This document shows, piece by piece, positions 1-11,050 of a stretch of DNA of 55,358 nt (within the stretch, counting starts at the first letter, position 1; every line of letters starts with the position of its first letter). The notes below the pieces were generated by a model. The model did not search any database and was not told where the DNA came from. It saw nothing but the letters and a program-made list of their open reading frames with translations. Location of the stretch: contig NC_069007.1 of the NCBI RefSeq assembly GCF_001194135.2, forward strand, positions 3,076,546 to 3,131,903, read 5' to 3'. Source of the DNA: Octopus bimaculoides (taxonomy: Eukaryota). The translations under genes and the position numbers were made by a program.

Positions 1-40
1 CCCCCCCAAAATTACTGGCTTTGTGCCAAAACCAGAAAGT

Positions 41-271
41 ATTTATTTCTTTATTGCCCACATGCGGCTAAACATAGAGGGGACAAACAAGGACAGACAA
101 AGGGATTAAGTCGATTACATCGACCCCAGTGTGTAACTGGTACTTATTTAATCAACCCCGAAAGGATGAAAGGCAAAGTCGACCTAGGCAGAATTTGAAC
201 TCAGAACATAACGGCAGACAAAATACTACTAAGCATTTCGCCCAGCGTGCTAACGATTCTGCCAGCTAGCC
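41..271 (-). mobile_element. tRNA-derived SINE, family A (near full length)
   Basis: Reverse complement reads GGCTAGCTGGCAGAATCGTTAGCACG...GAGTTCAAATTC (B-box)...GGGGTCGATGTAATCGACTTAATCCC...GGGCAATAAAGAAAT. The same unit recurs at 6153, 8755, 14258, 22415 and 51225. Confidence 0.85.
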
Positions 272-292
272 TGAATTTATTATTATTATTAT

Positions 293-460
293 GGCAGCAA
301 ATTGGTGGAATCATTAGCATACTAAGCAAAATGCTTAATAGCATTTCGTCCCTCTACATTCCAAGTTCAAATTCCTCTGAGGTCAACTTTAGCTTTCCTC
401 CTTCCAGGATGAATGTAATCAGCTGACCTCCTCCCGCAAAATTTTAGGTCTTGTACAAAC
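293..460 (+). mobile_element. SINE family A, diverged copy head-to-head with the previous one
   Basis: GGCAGCAAATTGGTGGAATCATTAGCATAC...AAGTTCAAATTCCTCTGAGGTCAACTTTAGCTTTCC aligns to the family A head, just after a (TAT)n spacer. Confidence 0.75.
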
Positions 461-581
461 ACCCACCCACCCCAACCTTCTCAGTTGCATATATTTTTTT
501 TTTTCTTTTTTACTCCTAATGGACAAACACATACTGGACATTGATAATAATATTTGATAACACTAAACTTAACTCTTGCAG

Positions 582-685
582 ATGGTATAGCAGAGTAACT
601 TATTCTCAAACATTCTGTTTTCCTATTCAAACCGTTATAGAACTTGATTGGAAATTTGGTTGTAATTCCATCATTAATCCAGCAA
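582..685 (+). CDS. Candidate coding exon of an unidentified gene (xWYSRVTYSQTFCFPIQTVIELDWKFGCNSIINPAx)
   Basis: Acceptor aaacttaactcttgcag|A, donor GCAA|gtatga, 104 nt open (phase 2 to phase 1) in unique sequence. Without splicing the frame ends SMKFVQC*. The in-register antisense frame is also open with passable splice sites, so the strand is uncertain. Confidence 0.4.
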
Positions 686-1077
686 GTATGAAATTTGTAC
701 AATGCTGATGAGGTCAGAATAACATGGGAAGTTGTCCCCAGACTTGTATAAACGTGAATATGTTAAACATTGTTTTTGTCATCACTATTTCTAATTAACA
801 CAACATGAAAGATGAACACTAACTGACTAATTAATCCATTGTTAATTAGATCTGTCATTACCACTTCCTATTTTTAAAGTATTACTAATTAGTAAACATT
901 TCATCTACCTACAGCCAGGATAAAAAAAATATTTTTTTTATATATAGAAATCAATTTTCTTGCTCACGACAAGATCACTTCTTCCATAAAAACTATTATT
1001 TGTTGACAGAGGCCAACATCACAACTTTGGTCTGGTCTTAGTGTTAGAGAGAGACTCTCTTCATACCTGACCTAATA

Positions 1078-1197
1078 GTGGCCGTGTGGCTTTGCAAACC
1101 ACGTGGTTTCTCTAACCCACTGCATGGTACTTTGGGCAGGTGTCTTTTACAATAGCCTTGGGAGTGGATTTGATGGACAGAAACTGTGGGGAAGCCT

Positions 1198-1246
<49 letters not shown>
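1078..1246 (+). mobile_element. SINE family B, 5' part ending in (GT)n
   Basis: AACCCACTGCATGGTACTTTGGGCAGGTGTCTT...GAGTGGATTTGATGGACAGAAACTG then (GT)n. Family B is the most abundant repeat in the window. Confidence 0.8.
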
Positions 1247-1249
<3 letters not shown>

Positions 1250-2236
1250 CACAAGAGAGAGGAGGGGGAGAGAGAAAGAAAGAGAGAAGTTTTTTACCAC
1301 AATGATGGTGAAAGGAAGAGGAAAGGAGGAGTAATAGATTCAATGCCTTTGATGGTGACCCAAATGACCATCAAATAAATGGATTATCTCATTACTACCA
1401 CCACCAGGACTACAACAAAAGTAACCCCTTTCCCTACACCATTTGGTGGGGGGAGGCCATCTGCCTTCAAAAAGATTAACTAGTTTCCTGTTAATGATGG
1501 GGGTTAGTTACAAACTCTCCCTCCTACTTCCTACAAATGCTTTACTTTATACACACACACACACACACATATCCCTATGAATGTATTTCTACACTAGAGC
1601 AAGGCTAAACAGGGATTTGTTCGTTCTCCGCGTTGCATATAATCCTATCTTTTATAAAATAGAACAATGCTTAATACTTCCTTTTCACATATCACAATGC
1701 CATCATCATCATCGCCACCATAGCCCAAAGACAAATATTTATCAGCTTTTTTTCCCTATTTTTTACCGTTAATAGAATTAAACCAGGAGACAAAAAATTT
1801 CATTGTTCCCAACCACTCCTCCCATTTAAATTCATTCATTGAGGAGGTTCAATCCAATATCAGGATCAAAACATGATGTAAAGGGACCAGACACCTGCTG
1901 TTTGTGGAGGGGACCCTATTTAAAGGCAAAAGTTAAACCGAGGAGGTTAGATTAATTATAGACACCAACTTTTGTTGTTTTATTGGGTTTTTTTTTAAAA
2001 TTAAAATATAACTTTCAGAGGCACTACAAACAGATTACTATGACTAATACATTAATCTACAACAACTCACCCATCATCATCATCATCATCATCACTCCTA
2101 CCACCATCATCATCCAAACCAGTTTCTTGTAAGTGGGTCTGTGTGTGTCTCCCCCTTTTCAAAACTAAGGGAGCAAATATCTTGCTTCCAACCTCCTTTA
2201 ATCTCAGGCAACAACAGTCAGTTAGGAAGTCCCGTG

Positions 2237-2262
2237 CGCGCGCGCGCGCGCGCGCGCGCGCG
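2237..2262. repeat. Pure (CG)13 microsatellite
   Basis: Directly visible, immediately before a SINE B head. Confidence 0.9.
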
Positions 2263-2264
2263 TG

Positions 2265-2905
2265 TTAAAGAGGTTTGCTTCCCAACCACACGATTTCGAG
2301 TTCAATCCCATTGCATGGCACCTTGAGGGAGTGCTTTCTATTATAGCACCAGGAGGACAAAAAGATTTGAGAGTAGATAGGGGAGATGGAAACTGAAAGA
2401 AGCTTGTCGAGTGAGCGAGTGTCCTTGTCTTTACAGCGTGTGATTGCTTGTATGACAGTGACACTCATTTACAACAGAGTCATTCATTTGCAATATTCCA
2501 CAAAAACATGTTTGGCCATGAGAGAGGATTGGCAACAAGAAGGGCATCCAGTCATAGAAAATTTACCTCAATGAATTCATCAACCCATGGAAGTATGAAA
2601 AAGGGGACATAATGATATAAATCTACCTCAATACATGGCACCTTGGGCAAGTGCCTTCTACTATGGCCTCAGGTCGACCAAAGTTTGAGAGTAAATATGC
2701 AAGACAGAAACTAAAAGAAGCCATGCATATGTACCCACCACTGCTTGACAACCGATCTTGGTTTGTTCACATCCTGGCAGTTCGGCAGAAAGACCAATAA
2801 AACAAGTATCAGGCTTAAAAATTAAGCAATGGGGTCAATTTGACTCAAAAAACCCTTGAAAGGCAGTGCCCCAGGACGGCCACATCAAATGTGAAAGTAA
2901 AAGGT
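2265..2905 (+). mobile_element. Two SINE B copies with an RTE-related 3' segment between them
   Basis: SINE B head GTTTGCTTCCCAACCAC...CCCATTGCATGGCACCTTG at 2270, a second at 2633 with its tail to 2900, and GAAGGGCATCCAGTCATAGAAA (RTE-like tail) at about 2540. Confidence 0.7.
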
Positions 2906-3105
2906 ATAAAACCATCCCCTTTCCTACCCATGGTAATTCTTATTGAAGTAAAAATCTATAAATTATGACAAAAGACTCCGTCTATTGCTCAATGGTTGAA
3001 TAAATAACATTAAAATTTATAGAAACAGCAAAAAAAACTCAGAAACCCCCGCCCCCTGTGGCTCACATGCAAGTCACAGTCCACCCAATGACAATTTGTT
3101 TTTAA

Positions 3106-3550
3106 CCCTTTAACCCGTGTTTAGAATGACCATAAGCGTAAGAGGCAGAATCTGGCTAATTTGAACATAAAACAGGCAGAATATTTGAGGCCTGATATGG
3201 ATGGTTTGTGGAGGGGCAGTGGCCTAGTGGTTAGGGCAGCGGGCTCGCGGTCGGAGGATTGCAGTTTCGATTCCCAGGCCAGGCATTGTGTGTGTTTGTT
3301 GAGCGAAAATACCTAAAAGTTCCACGGGGCTCTGGCAGGGGGTGGTGGTGACCCCTGTTGTACTCTTTCGCCCCCAACTTTCTCTCACTCTTTCTTCCTG
3401 TTTCTTGAATAACACTGCGATGGACTAGCGTCCCATCCAGCTGGGGGGAACACATACGCCATAGAAACCGGGAAACCGGGCCCATGAGCCTGGCTAGGCT
3501 TTAAAAGGGCGCATAAATAAAAAAAATGGATGGTTTAAATGCCAAAATGG
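3106..3550 (+). mobile_element. TTAA-flanked MITE (family D, piggyBac-like), internally deleted and interrupted by a SINE
   Basis: TTAA|CCCTTT at 3102-3111 and ...GGTTTAAATGCCAAAATGG|TTAA at 3551. The interior matches the copies at 11.9-12.5, 16.8 and 43.7 kb. Confidence 0.65.
3208..3525 (+). mobile_element. Full-length tRNA-derived SINE, family C (tail 1), with 11-bp TSD
   Basis: A-box TGGCCTAGTGG, B-box GTTTCGATTCC, A-rich tail, and target-site duplication ATGGATGGTTT at 3197-3207 and 3526-3536. Confidence 0.92.
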
Positions 3551-3710
3551 TTAATAATATAATGGAGAAAATTAATTAAAACATTAACTGATAACCTATA
3601 ATTTAAGATGCAGAATCCAATCAGAACACCACCACCCCTAACACTCCTCAATCCTTCAGTTACCATAATTCTGTTGCAATACACACCTTTGTTTTGGGGG
3701 TTTTTTGTTA

Positions 3711-4044
3711 CCATGGCTGTGTGGTAAGAAGCTTGCTTCCCAACCACATGGCTTCAGGTTCAGTCCCACTGCATGACACTTTGGGCAAGTGTCTGCTACG
3801 ACTAAGGCCAACGAAAGCCTTGTGAGCCCCTTATATGTGTGTGACCTACCACTGCTCGACAACCTGTGTCGGTGTGTTTACATCGACATAACTTAGGAGT
3901 TCAACAAAGAGAGATCGATAGAAAAAGTACCAGGCTTTAAAAAAAAAAAAAAATAAAGTACCAGGGGTCAATTCATTTGATTAAAGATGACTGAAAGTAG
4001 GGTCCCAGCACTGCTGCAATCTAATGACTGAAACAAGCAAAAGA
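3711..4044 (+). mobile_element. SINE family B, near full length, CpG-decayed
   Basis: ATGGCTGTGTGGTAAGAAGCTTGCTTCCCAACCACATGG through ...CCAGCACTGCTGCAATCTAATGACTGAAACAAG. Confidence 0.85.
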
Positions 4045-4199
4045 AGTTTGAAACAAATCAACCGTTTTGATATCGATACCAACCTACCTGAAATTGCCTC
4101 CAGCTTCTTTGATAGAAACTGGTTTCAACTGATCTAATGTAAGACCATCCAAAGTGAAATCAAAGGTGTAACCCCTATGCTGGTGCAACGCAACTAGCA

Positions 4200-4400
4200 C
4201 CCATGCCTATGGCACATAAAAGTACCAGTTTCAGTGGCATGTAAAAAGCACCTATTACACTCTTGAAGTGGTTGGTATTAGGAAGGGCATCCAGCTATAG
4301 GAACCAAACCAAATCCAGACTGGAATCTGGTGCAGCTCTCTGGCTTACCAGTTCCAGTCAAACCCATGCCAGCATGGAAAGCAGACACCAAATAATGATG
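4200..4400 (+). mobile_element. RTE-related 3' end repeat (family E)
   Basis: AAAAGCACC...GTGGTTGGTATTAGGAAGGGCATCCAGCTATAGGAA...CCCATGCCAGCATGGAAAGCAGAC followed by an (ATG)-type tail. The same tail terminates the RTE ORF remnant at 42.9-43.6 kb. Confidence 0.75.
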
Positions 4401-4845
4401 TTCCAAAAGCCACCCTCATAATGACAAAATAATTTTACTAAATTCTTCCATTATTTTCAAAACCCTTATAAAACAAAAGGGTTAAATGTGAGGATTTGAG
4501 ACCAAGGGGTTGCCTCAGCCAGGTTAGCATCAAAAGGAGTTAACACACACCTTAATATGCTCCCCCCAACTCACAGAGCTTCCTTTGCAATTAGTAAAGC
4601 AGAAGGAAAATTTATATTTATATTTAGGGAAAACTGTTAACTACCAGAAGGACACTCAAGGGCCGCAGCTGAGAACCTCTTGCTATTTTAACTGTCATCA
4701 CCCCCCCACACACACACACACGCAACTGTCCACCTGTGACTGCTTGACCATAAACCATATCACGAGAGAAAGCTCTTTGGCTCTGCCATAGGCAACCGCT
4801 CTAGTGCTGATGGCATCCTAAATGCATTCACTGCAGGCTAAAGTA

Positions 4846-4975
4846 CAGGGTGTCCACAAGGTCTGGGGTACATGGAGTAAATAAAATCATAACATAAACA
4901 ATAAAAAATATAAGAAATAACAATTTCTTAAAGTATGTGTTAATCCCCATGTACCCAGACTTTGTGGACACCCTG
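4846..4975. mobile_element. Tc1/mariner-type MITE, 130 bp
   Basis: TA|CAGGGTGTCCACAAGGTCTGGGGTACATGG...CCATGTACCCAGACTTTGTGGACACCCTG|TA: TIRs of about 30 bp and a TA target duplication. Confidence 0.9.
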
Positions 4976-5162
4976 TAGTTGGCGTCAGATCAGAAGGGGG
5001 GGGGGGGGATTCTGCAGTAAAGACAAGAAAAAAAAAACAAAAAGAGCAGCTACAGAAGTTGGTCAGTTGTAGGTTGTGTATGCCAGATGACTAAGAACTG
5101 CAACAGATGATGGCTAGGTGTGGTGAGACTTAGTCAACCCACGTCAGCACAAAAAAAGAGAA

Positions 5163-5497
5163 ATGGCTGGTTGATTAAGTACTTTGCTTTGCAACCATGT
5201 GGTTGTATCTTCGAAAGCCCTAGGCCAACCAATGCCTTGCGAGTGGATTTGTTAGACAGAAACTGTGTGGAAGCCCACTGTGTGTATACATTTCTACCAT
5301 GACCATCACTGCTTGACAGCTGGTGTTGGTTTGTTACTGTCCCTGTAACTTAGCAATTTCAGCAGAAATGTTCAATAGAATAAATAGCAGGGTTACCAAT
5401 AAAAAAGTAAAGAAAGCATAAGTGGTTCGATTTGACTAAAATCCCTTCAACGCAATGCCCCAGCATGGCCGCAGTCCAATGACTGAAGTGAAAGAAG
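5163..5497 (+). mobile_element. SINE family B, CpG-decayed
   Basis: Head, body and tail (GCCCCAGCATGGCCGCAGTCCAATGACTGAA) are all recognisable. Confidence 0.8.
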
Positions 5498-6152
5498 AGA
5501 CAAAGCAACCAAAATGATTCAAACATGTCGTCTATCCTAGCAACAACTTCCAAGATTATTTTTGTTTCTTTTACAACCCAAAACACCCCCACCAATCCAT
5601 TCATGACCACTGCTTCAAACAAAAACAAAACATCAGCAAGAAATATTTTCTTTGAAATTGTTTGAGAAAATACAATGTCAATCAAAGAATTTACTCCAAA
5701 TTCTTTAATAAGGCAGCTGCACATATTGGCTGCAATTTCCTCTGTCTCATACGGCATTAGTCATTTGTTAGATATTTCAGAACGCATCCAAATAATTTTT
5801 TTGGTTGTTATTTGCTCAGCAAAGAACTGGTAAACTGCCAACTGATGCTGCCTTTGAATCATCAAATCTGTAGACATCAGCACCATGTTGCCACCGTGCC
5901 AGCCACCTCCACCTCCATTGCAAATAACCAACAGATTCCAATTCTTCAATTCCTCGTGTTTGCAACAGTAAAACATTCAGATTCATTTGTTTTCTTTAAA
6001 TTTGACAACAGTGTGTGTGTGTGTGTTTTCGTGTTTGTCAGCAAATAGGCTTGTGTTCAATTCTATTTCACCCCCATATTGCCAGTTCCATACAAGCCCT
6101 CCATCCTTGCCCTCTAGATGGATTACAACTAAACACACACACCATTTATTAC

Positions 6153-6375
6153 GGCAGTGAGCTGGCAGAAACGTTAGCACACCGGGCAAAATGCTTATCG
6201 TTATTACGTCTGCTGTTACATTCTGAGTTCAAATTCCACCGAGGTCGACTTTGCCTTTCATCCTTTCAGGGTCGATTAAAAAAAGTACCAGTTACGCACT
6301 GGGGTTGATATAATCCATTTGTCTGTCCTTGTTTGTCCTCTCTGTGTGTAGCCCCTTGTGGGTAGTAAAGAAATA
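6153..6375 (+). mobile_element. SINE family A, full length
   Basis: GGCAGTGAGCTGGCAGAAACGTTAGCAC...GAGTTCAAATTCC...CCCCTTGTGGGTAGTAAAGAAATA. Confidence 0.9.
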
Positions 6376-6414
6376 ACACACATCATTTTTCATTATCCAT
6401 CATCTTTCCATTCA

Positions 6415-6529
6415 CATCTCAGGTATACCGAAGACCCTTTTGGCTTTACTTCCATCTACCTAAGTGTTAGTGAAAGCAAAGAGTTGGAAGACTTATGACA
6501 AAAAGGGGTCTTCAGTATACCCAGAGATG
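6415..6529. other. Imperfect long hairpin in unique sequence
   Basis: CATCTCAGGTATACCGAAGACCCTTTTG pairs with CAAAAAGGGGTCTTCAGTATACCCAGAGATG. Inner CTTCCATCT/AGAGTTGGAAG extends the stem, leaving a loop of about 22 nt. Confidence 0.75.
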
Positions 6530-6834
6530 GATAACAAAACGAATAAGATACGGCAAACTGAATGTAATGTAATAAACGATAATGTGTGAGTTTAGTTGTA
6601 ATCCTCTATCGTCCATTCCTTACAAAAAAAGACCTTTACATGTTCATACAGAACTTAACAGAAACCCTCAACCACCATCAGAAACAATCAAAGTCCAGAG
6701 AGCAAACCCCCAATAACAGGTTTGAAGAACTGAACAGCCAAAGCCAGTTGATAATGGCTTTACATGGAACTTCAAGTGCCTGAGTAACTAATGTTGCTCT
6801 ACAGCTAGCTATATATGGAACTATTACTTGCTTT

Positions 6835-7225
6835 GATCACTGGACAGCCGGTCATACTGGGGCACCACCTTCAAGGGTTTATAAGCTGAACAGATCAACC
6901 CAAGATTTCTTTTTATTAAACTGCTGTGCTACAGGGATGTAAACAAACCAACATTGGTTGTCAAGACATTGTGCAGGACAAACACACACAAAAGCAAACA
7001 GTGGGCTTCCACAGTTTCTGGACTGATAGAATAAGCACCAGGTTTAACAAAACTATAAGCACCAAGGTCAATTCGTTTGACTAAAACTGAAGGCAGTGCT
7101 CCAGCATGGCCACAGTCTAATGACTGAAACAAGATAAGAAGCCATTAGTCACCCTCAGGCTACAGTAGAAGACACGTACCCAAGGTGCCACACAGTGGAA
7201 CTGAACCCAAAGCCACATGGTTGCA
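6835..7225. mobile_element. Three SINE B fragments in alternating orientation
   Basis: Minus tail at 6835-6990, plus tail at 7020-7140, minus head at 7150-7225 up to the N gap. Confidence 0.7.
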
Positions 7226-7592
7226 NNNNNNNNNNNNNNNNNNNNNNNNNNNNNNNNNNNNNNNNNNNNNNNNNNNNNNNNNNNNNNNNNNNNNNNNNNN
7301 NNNNNNNNNNNNNNNNNNNNNNNNNNNNNNNNNNNNNATGCCCCAAATAAATATTAGATCTGCAAGATTTTTTTTTCTGAGGGGTTTCAATGTTTTTTTA
7401 TTATCATTATTATTCCTTTTAACATGGAAGCTATTTCAATGTTGGAATTCTTTTGTGCACATTTTCTCACAACTATATTCCTCTCTCTCTCTCTTTCTCT
7501 TTCTCTCTCTCCCCTATTTCCTTCTGCTTACTCATCTTTCATCGACACAAACGCCAAAAGGTCATCTCAAATTTACTCTTTGAGGGGCTGCC

Positions 7593-7632
<40 letters not shown>

Positions 7633-8019
7633 CAAGTGCATGCGTGTGAGAGAGTCAGCTATGTTTTGCAGTATATTTTCCCAAGGGTTGAGGACAAATA
7701 TCTATCCATGCCGCCATCGCCGCCGACGCTGCCATCAAACAGTTATTTTAATTACAAGTCAACTCTCCTCGTTATATTGTCTCAGCCCGGACATAACGAA
7801 TGACATCAGCATCCAGAACTCCGCTAGCTGTCAACCACCACCGCCACCACTATAGGAAAAGCTTATATATTCTAAATCTACCCCCACAGAGGCCATCAAA
7901 GTGAAGTTAGCGGGAAGAGGGGGGGATGGGACAGAAATTACAGTTGTATGTCGCACTAATGATTGTCAGCCATTAACAGTAGTAGCGGTAGTAGTAGTGG
8001 AAGTAATAGTAATAATCAC

Positions 8020-8880
8020 TTTCTAGTTGTGGAACAAGGCCGGCAGTTTTAGGGTACGGAGCCATTAAGAGTAGTAATAGTAGTAGTAGTAGTAGTAGTA
8101 ATGATCCCTTTCTAATTGTGGCACAAGGCCGGCAGTTTTAGGGTACGGAGCTAAGTCTGATATCATCAGACCCCAGTGCTCGACTGGAACTTTATTTTAT
8201 CGACCTCAGCAGCTTTTGAACTCGGAACGCAAAGATGAATGAAAATGCCACCATTTTGTCTGACTCACTAACAATTCTGCCTCACATGGCACTAATAAAG
8301 ATAAGTCATTAGCAAGATTAGTAGTGATGGTGGTGGTGATGGTGGTAGTGGCAGTGGTAGTCCTAATTTTGGCACAAGGCCAGTAATTTTGGAGAGGAGG
8401 ATTTGAAGTGAATTCCATTGGCCCCAGTACTTTATTTCATCAACCCCACAAGGATGAAAGGCAAAGTTGGTCTTGGCAGAATTTGGATTCAGAAGATAAA
8501 GAACTGGAAGAAATTCTGCCCAGCATTTGGTCCAACGTTGTCAAGGATTCTGCCAGCTCACCCCCGCTCAACAGGAATATTGGTTTCAAATTTTGGTACA
8601 AGGTCGGCAAGTATATCAACCCCAGTATTCAACCGGTACTTATTTTATCTACCTTGAAGCAACCATTTTTGCACATGTTCCCAAAGGATTTCAAACCGAA
8701 GAACAAAGATAAGCGTTCACTTTAAACTTTCATTTCGTATTTCAAAATTAATATTTATTTCTTTATTGCCCACAGGGGGCTAAACAGAGGGGACAAGAAA
8801 GGATAAAGGAATTAAGTCGATTACGTCTACCCCAGTGTGTAACTGGTACTTATTTAATCGACCCCGAAAGGATGAAAAGC
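8020..8880 (-). mobile_element. Tandem pile of truncated SINE A copies separated by (AGT)n/(GGT)n
   Basis: Repeated TTGTGG(A/C)ACAAGGCC(G)GCAG tails at about 8030, 8118, 8370 and 8590, plus AAAGGATGAAAGGCAAAG bodies. Confidence 0.75.
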
Positions 8881-8975
8881 AATATTGAGACAGTGGATAC
8901 TCAAAAGAAAACCAGGCTCAGTTTGCCAGTTGGGGATTGGAAGCAAGGGACTGAGAACTGAAAATCTAAGCCTTT

Positions 8976-9315
8976 CAGAGAGAGAGAGAGAGAGAGAAAG
9001 AGAAAGAGAGAGAGAGAGAGAGAAAGAAAGAGAGAGAAAGAGAGAGAAAGAGAGAGAAAGAGAGAGAAAGAGAGAGANNNNNNNNNNNNNNNNNNNNNNN
9101 NNNNNNNNNNNNNNNNNNNNNNNNNNNNNNNNNNNNNNNNNNNNNNNNNNNNNNNNNNNNNNNNNNNNNNNNNNNNNNNNNNNNNNNNNNNNNNNNNNNN
9201 NNNNNNNNNNNNNNNNNNNNTGTGTGAGTGTGTGTGTGTGAGTGTGTGTGTGTGAGTGTGTGTGTGTGAGTGTGTGTGTGTGAGTGTGTGTGTGTGAGTC
9301 TGAATGTGTGTGTGC
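8976..9315. repeat. (GA)n/(GAAA)n and (GT)n microsatellites around an N gap
   Basis: Directly visible. Confidence 0.95.
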
Positions 9316-10341
9316 ACTAATCTTTAGCCAAAGCAGCAGAGTGACTCAAGGACTGAGTTTCATGTGTTGGCACATGAAACTGTCAGAGCTCGAGTCAAGA
9401 TCAATAAAAGTATGCGAGAGCTCTGGCCAGTTTCTGTCTACCAAATCCACTCGCATAGTTTTAGCTAGCCCAGAGCTATAACAGAATGTATTTGCCAAAG
9501 ATGCCCTAGAGTGGAACTGAACCTAAAACCATATAGTGAAGTATTTTTGTTTTTTTAAATTAAGAAAATGTCTTAAAAAGGAAGACGTAATTTGTTCCAA
9601 CAAAACTAATTATAAAACTGTTTTAGCTTTCACTGATGCAATCCATTAAGTTTTAAGAGAACTATATCCCTCCACCCACACAAAAAGAAATTTATCCTCA
9701 TGTGGTATATGCATACATATATGCATGCGCGTGTGTTTGTAAAAAACTATTTTGTAAGGGTGTGCGTTACATGTGTAAGTAAATTATCCTGCACTATCTC
9801 TCGTACCTCTGCCCGTTCCCTTTCCACATCATATGCAAAGTGTGAGAGAGTATGAGAATTTGCAAGAGTTTAGTATTTGCTTGTTTTTGACAGCACAGAT
9901 TCCATAGATATAAACAGAGTGGAGATTGTACCCCACTACACACCCACCAAGCCACCACCTTTCCATATTTTTGCAGTTTATATAATTTATTAGTTTTATC
10001 GTTTAAATCTTTAATTTGAAACTCACCAACCACCACCAATCACCTAAATCTTCCTTTCTGGTTGTAAAAGAGAGGAATGTAAGCAATTTTAAATTGTGTG
10101 TGTGCATGCATATAACGAATATATATTATATGCACACACACACACACACACACACACAAAGGAATGCATTTATCACATTCTCCTACCAACCACGACCACC
10201 AAAGCACTAAGGAAAAGGGTTAGGTGGTTACTCGTTAGAAATATCAGACCCAACACAGTCTTCAACAATGAAGGGCATATTTGTTTTTTCAGACACACTG
10301 TCTGAGTATAAGACAAGGGGTTCACGGCTGGGTTGTCTTAA

Positions 10342-10560
10342 CCCTTTCGTTATCAACCCGGCTGAGACCATGCCTGGCTCTGTAGTACAAATGTCTTGTT
10401 TTCATAAGTTCTGAATTAAAATCTTCCAAACCTTAGTCACAATTTATGTTCCTAGCACTAGCTTAATGATAACTAAGTTATTTTACTAAATTCTTTGTTA
10501 TATTTAAAATTAATTGGAAGAAACACAGAGCATCTCAACAGAAATACGGAAACGAAAGGG
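10342..10560. mobile_element. piggyBac-like MITE (family F) with TTAA target duplication
   Basis: TTAA|CCCTTTCGTT...AACGAAAGGG|TTAA; a second copy lies at 54241-54461. Confidence 0.9.
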
Positions 10561-10834
10561 TTAAATTTGGCAGTTAATGGGTTAAAACAAATCCAATCAC
10601 CAATTAACTATTTATTTCCATAATTAGTCTTATTCTAAGAAAAGGCTCTTTTAGCTCAAATCTACACTATGTGGGGCAAATATTTTACTCAGCTCAATGC
10701 TGCTATCACATCCAACTAAAGATGGTATGACAGTCTTTTTTACAATCACTGATGTCAGAAAAAGAGAGACATTTGTATTTTGCAGGATAGTGCTAGAAGG
10801 CTAAGGACTTGTGTAATAGTCTCATGGACATCCT

Positions 10835-11050
10835 CGGTGACCCTGAAAGCTATGCCAGCAAAGAGCAAGCTCCTGATAGGGCCTTCCATGCTGGATGGGT
10901 CAAAGGATAGGGGCCAGACTAATAAGGATCACTGCTCCCCAGAGGTACAAAATGGGTTTACCTAAGGCCAACACCTCTACCTAGAAAAAAAGTAGAGTTA
11001 CAGAAGCAGTGATGACAATCCAAAACCAACAAGTCTTAAGAGGTGGGCCG
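10835..11050 (+). mobile_element. RTE-clade LINE 5' UTR-like remnant
   Basis: GGTGACCCTGAAAGCTATGCCAGC...AAGCTCCTGATAGGGCC...CATGCTGGATGGGTCAAAGGATAGGGGCCAGACTAA resembles the RTE-1/BovB-type 5' leader as I recall it. Confidence 0.5.

Noticed and set aside
5359-6048. Long open frames on both strands (132, 71 and 78 aa)
   Set aside because: No recognisable domain, composition is explained by A/C-rich sequence, the 132-aa ORF runs into a SINE, and splice sites are inconsistent.
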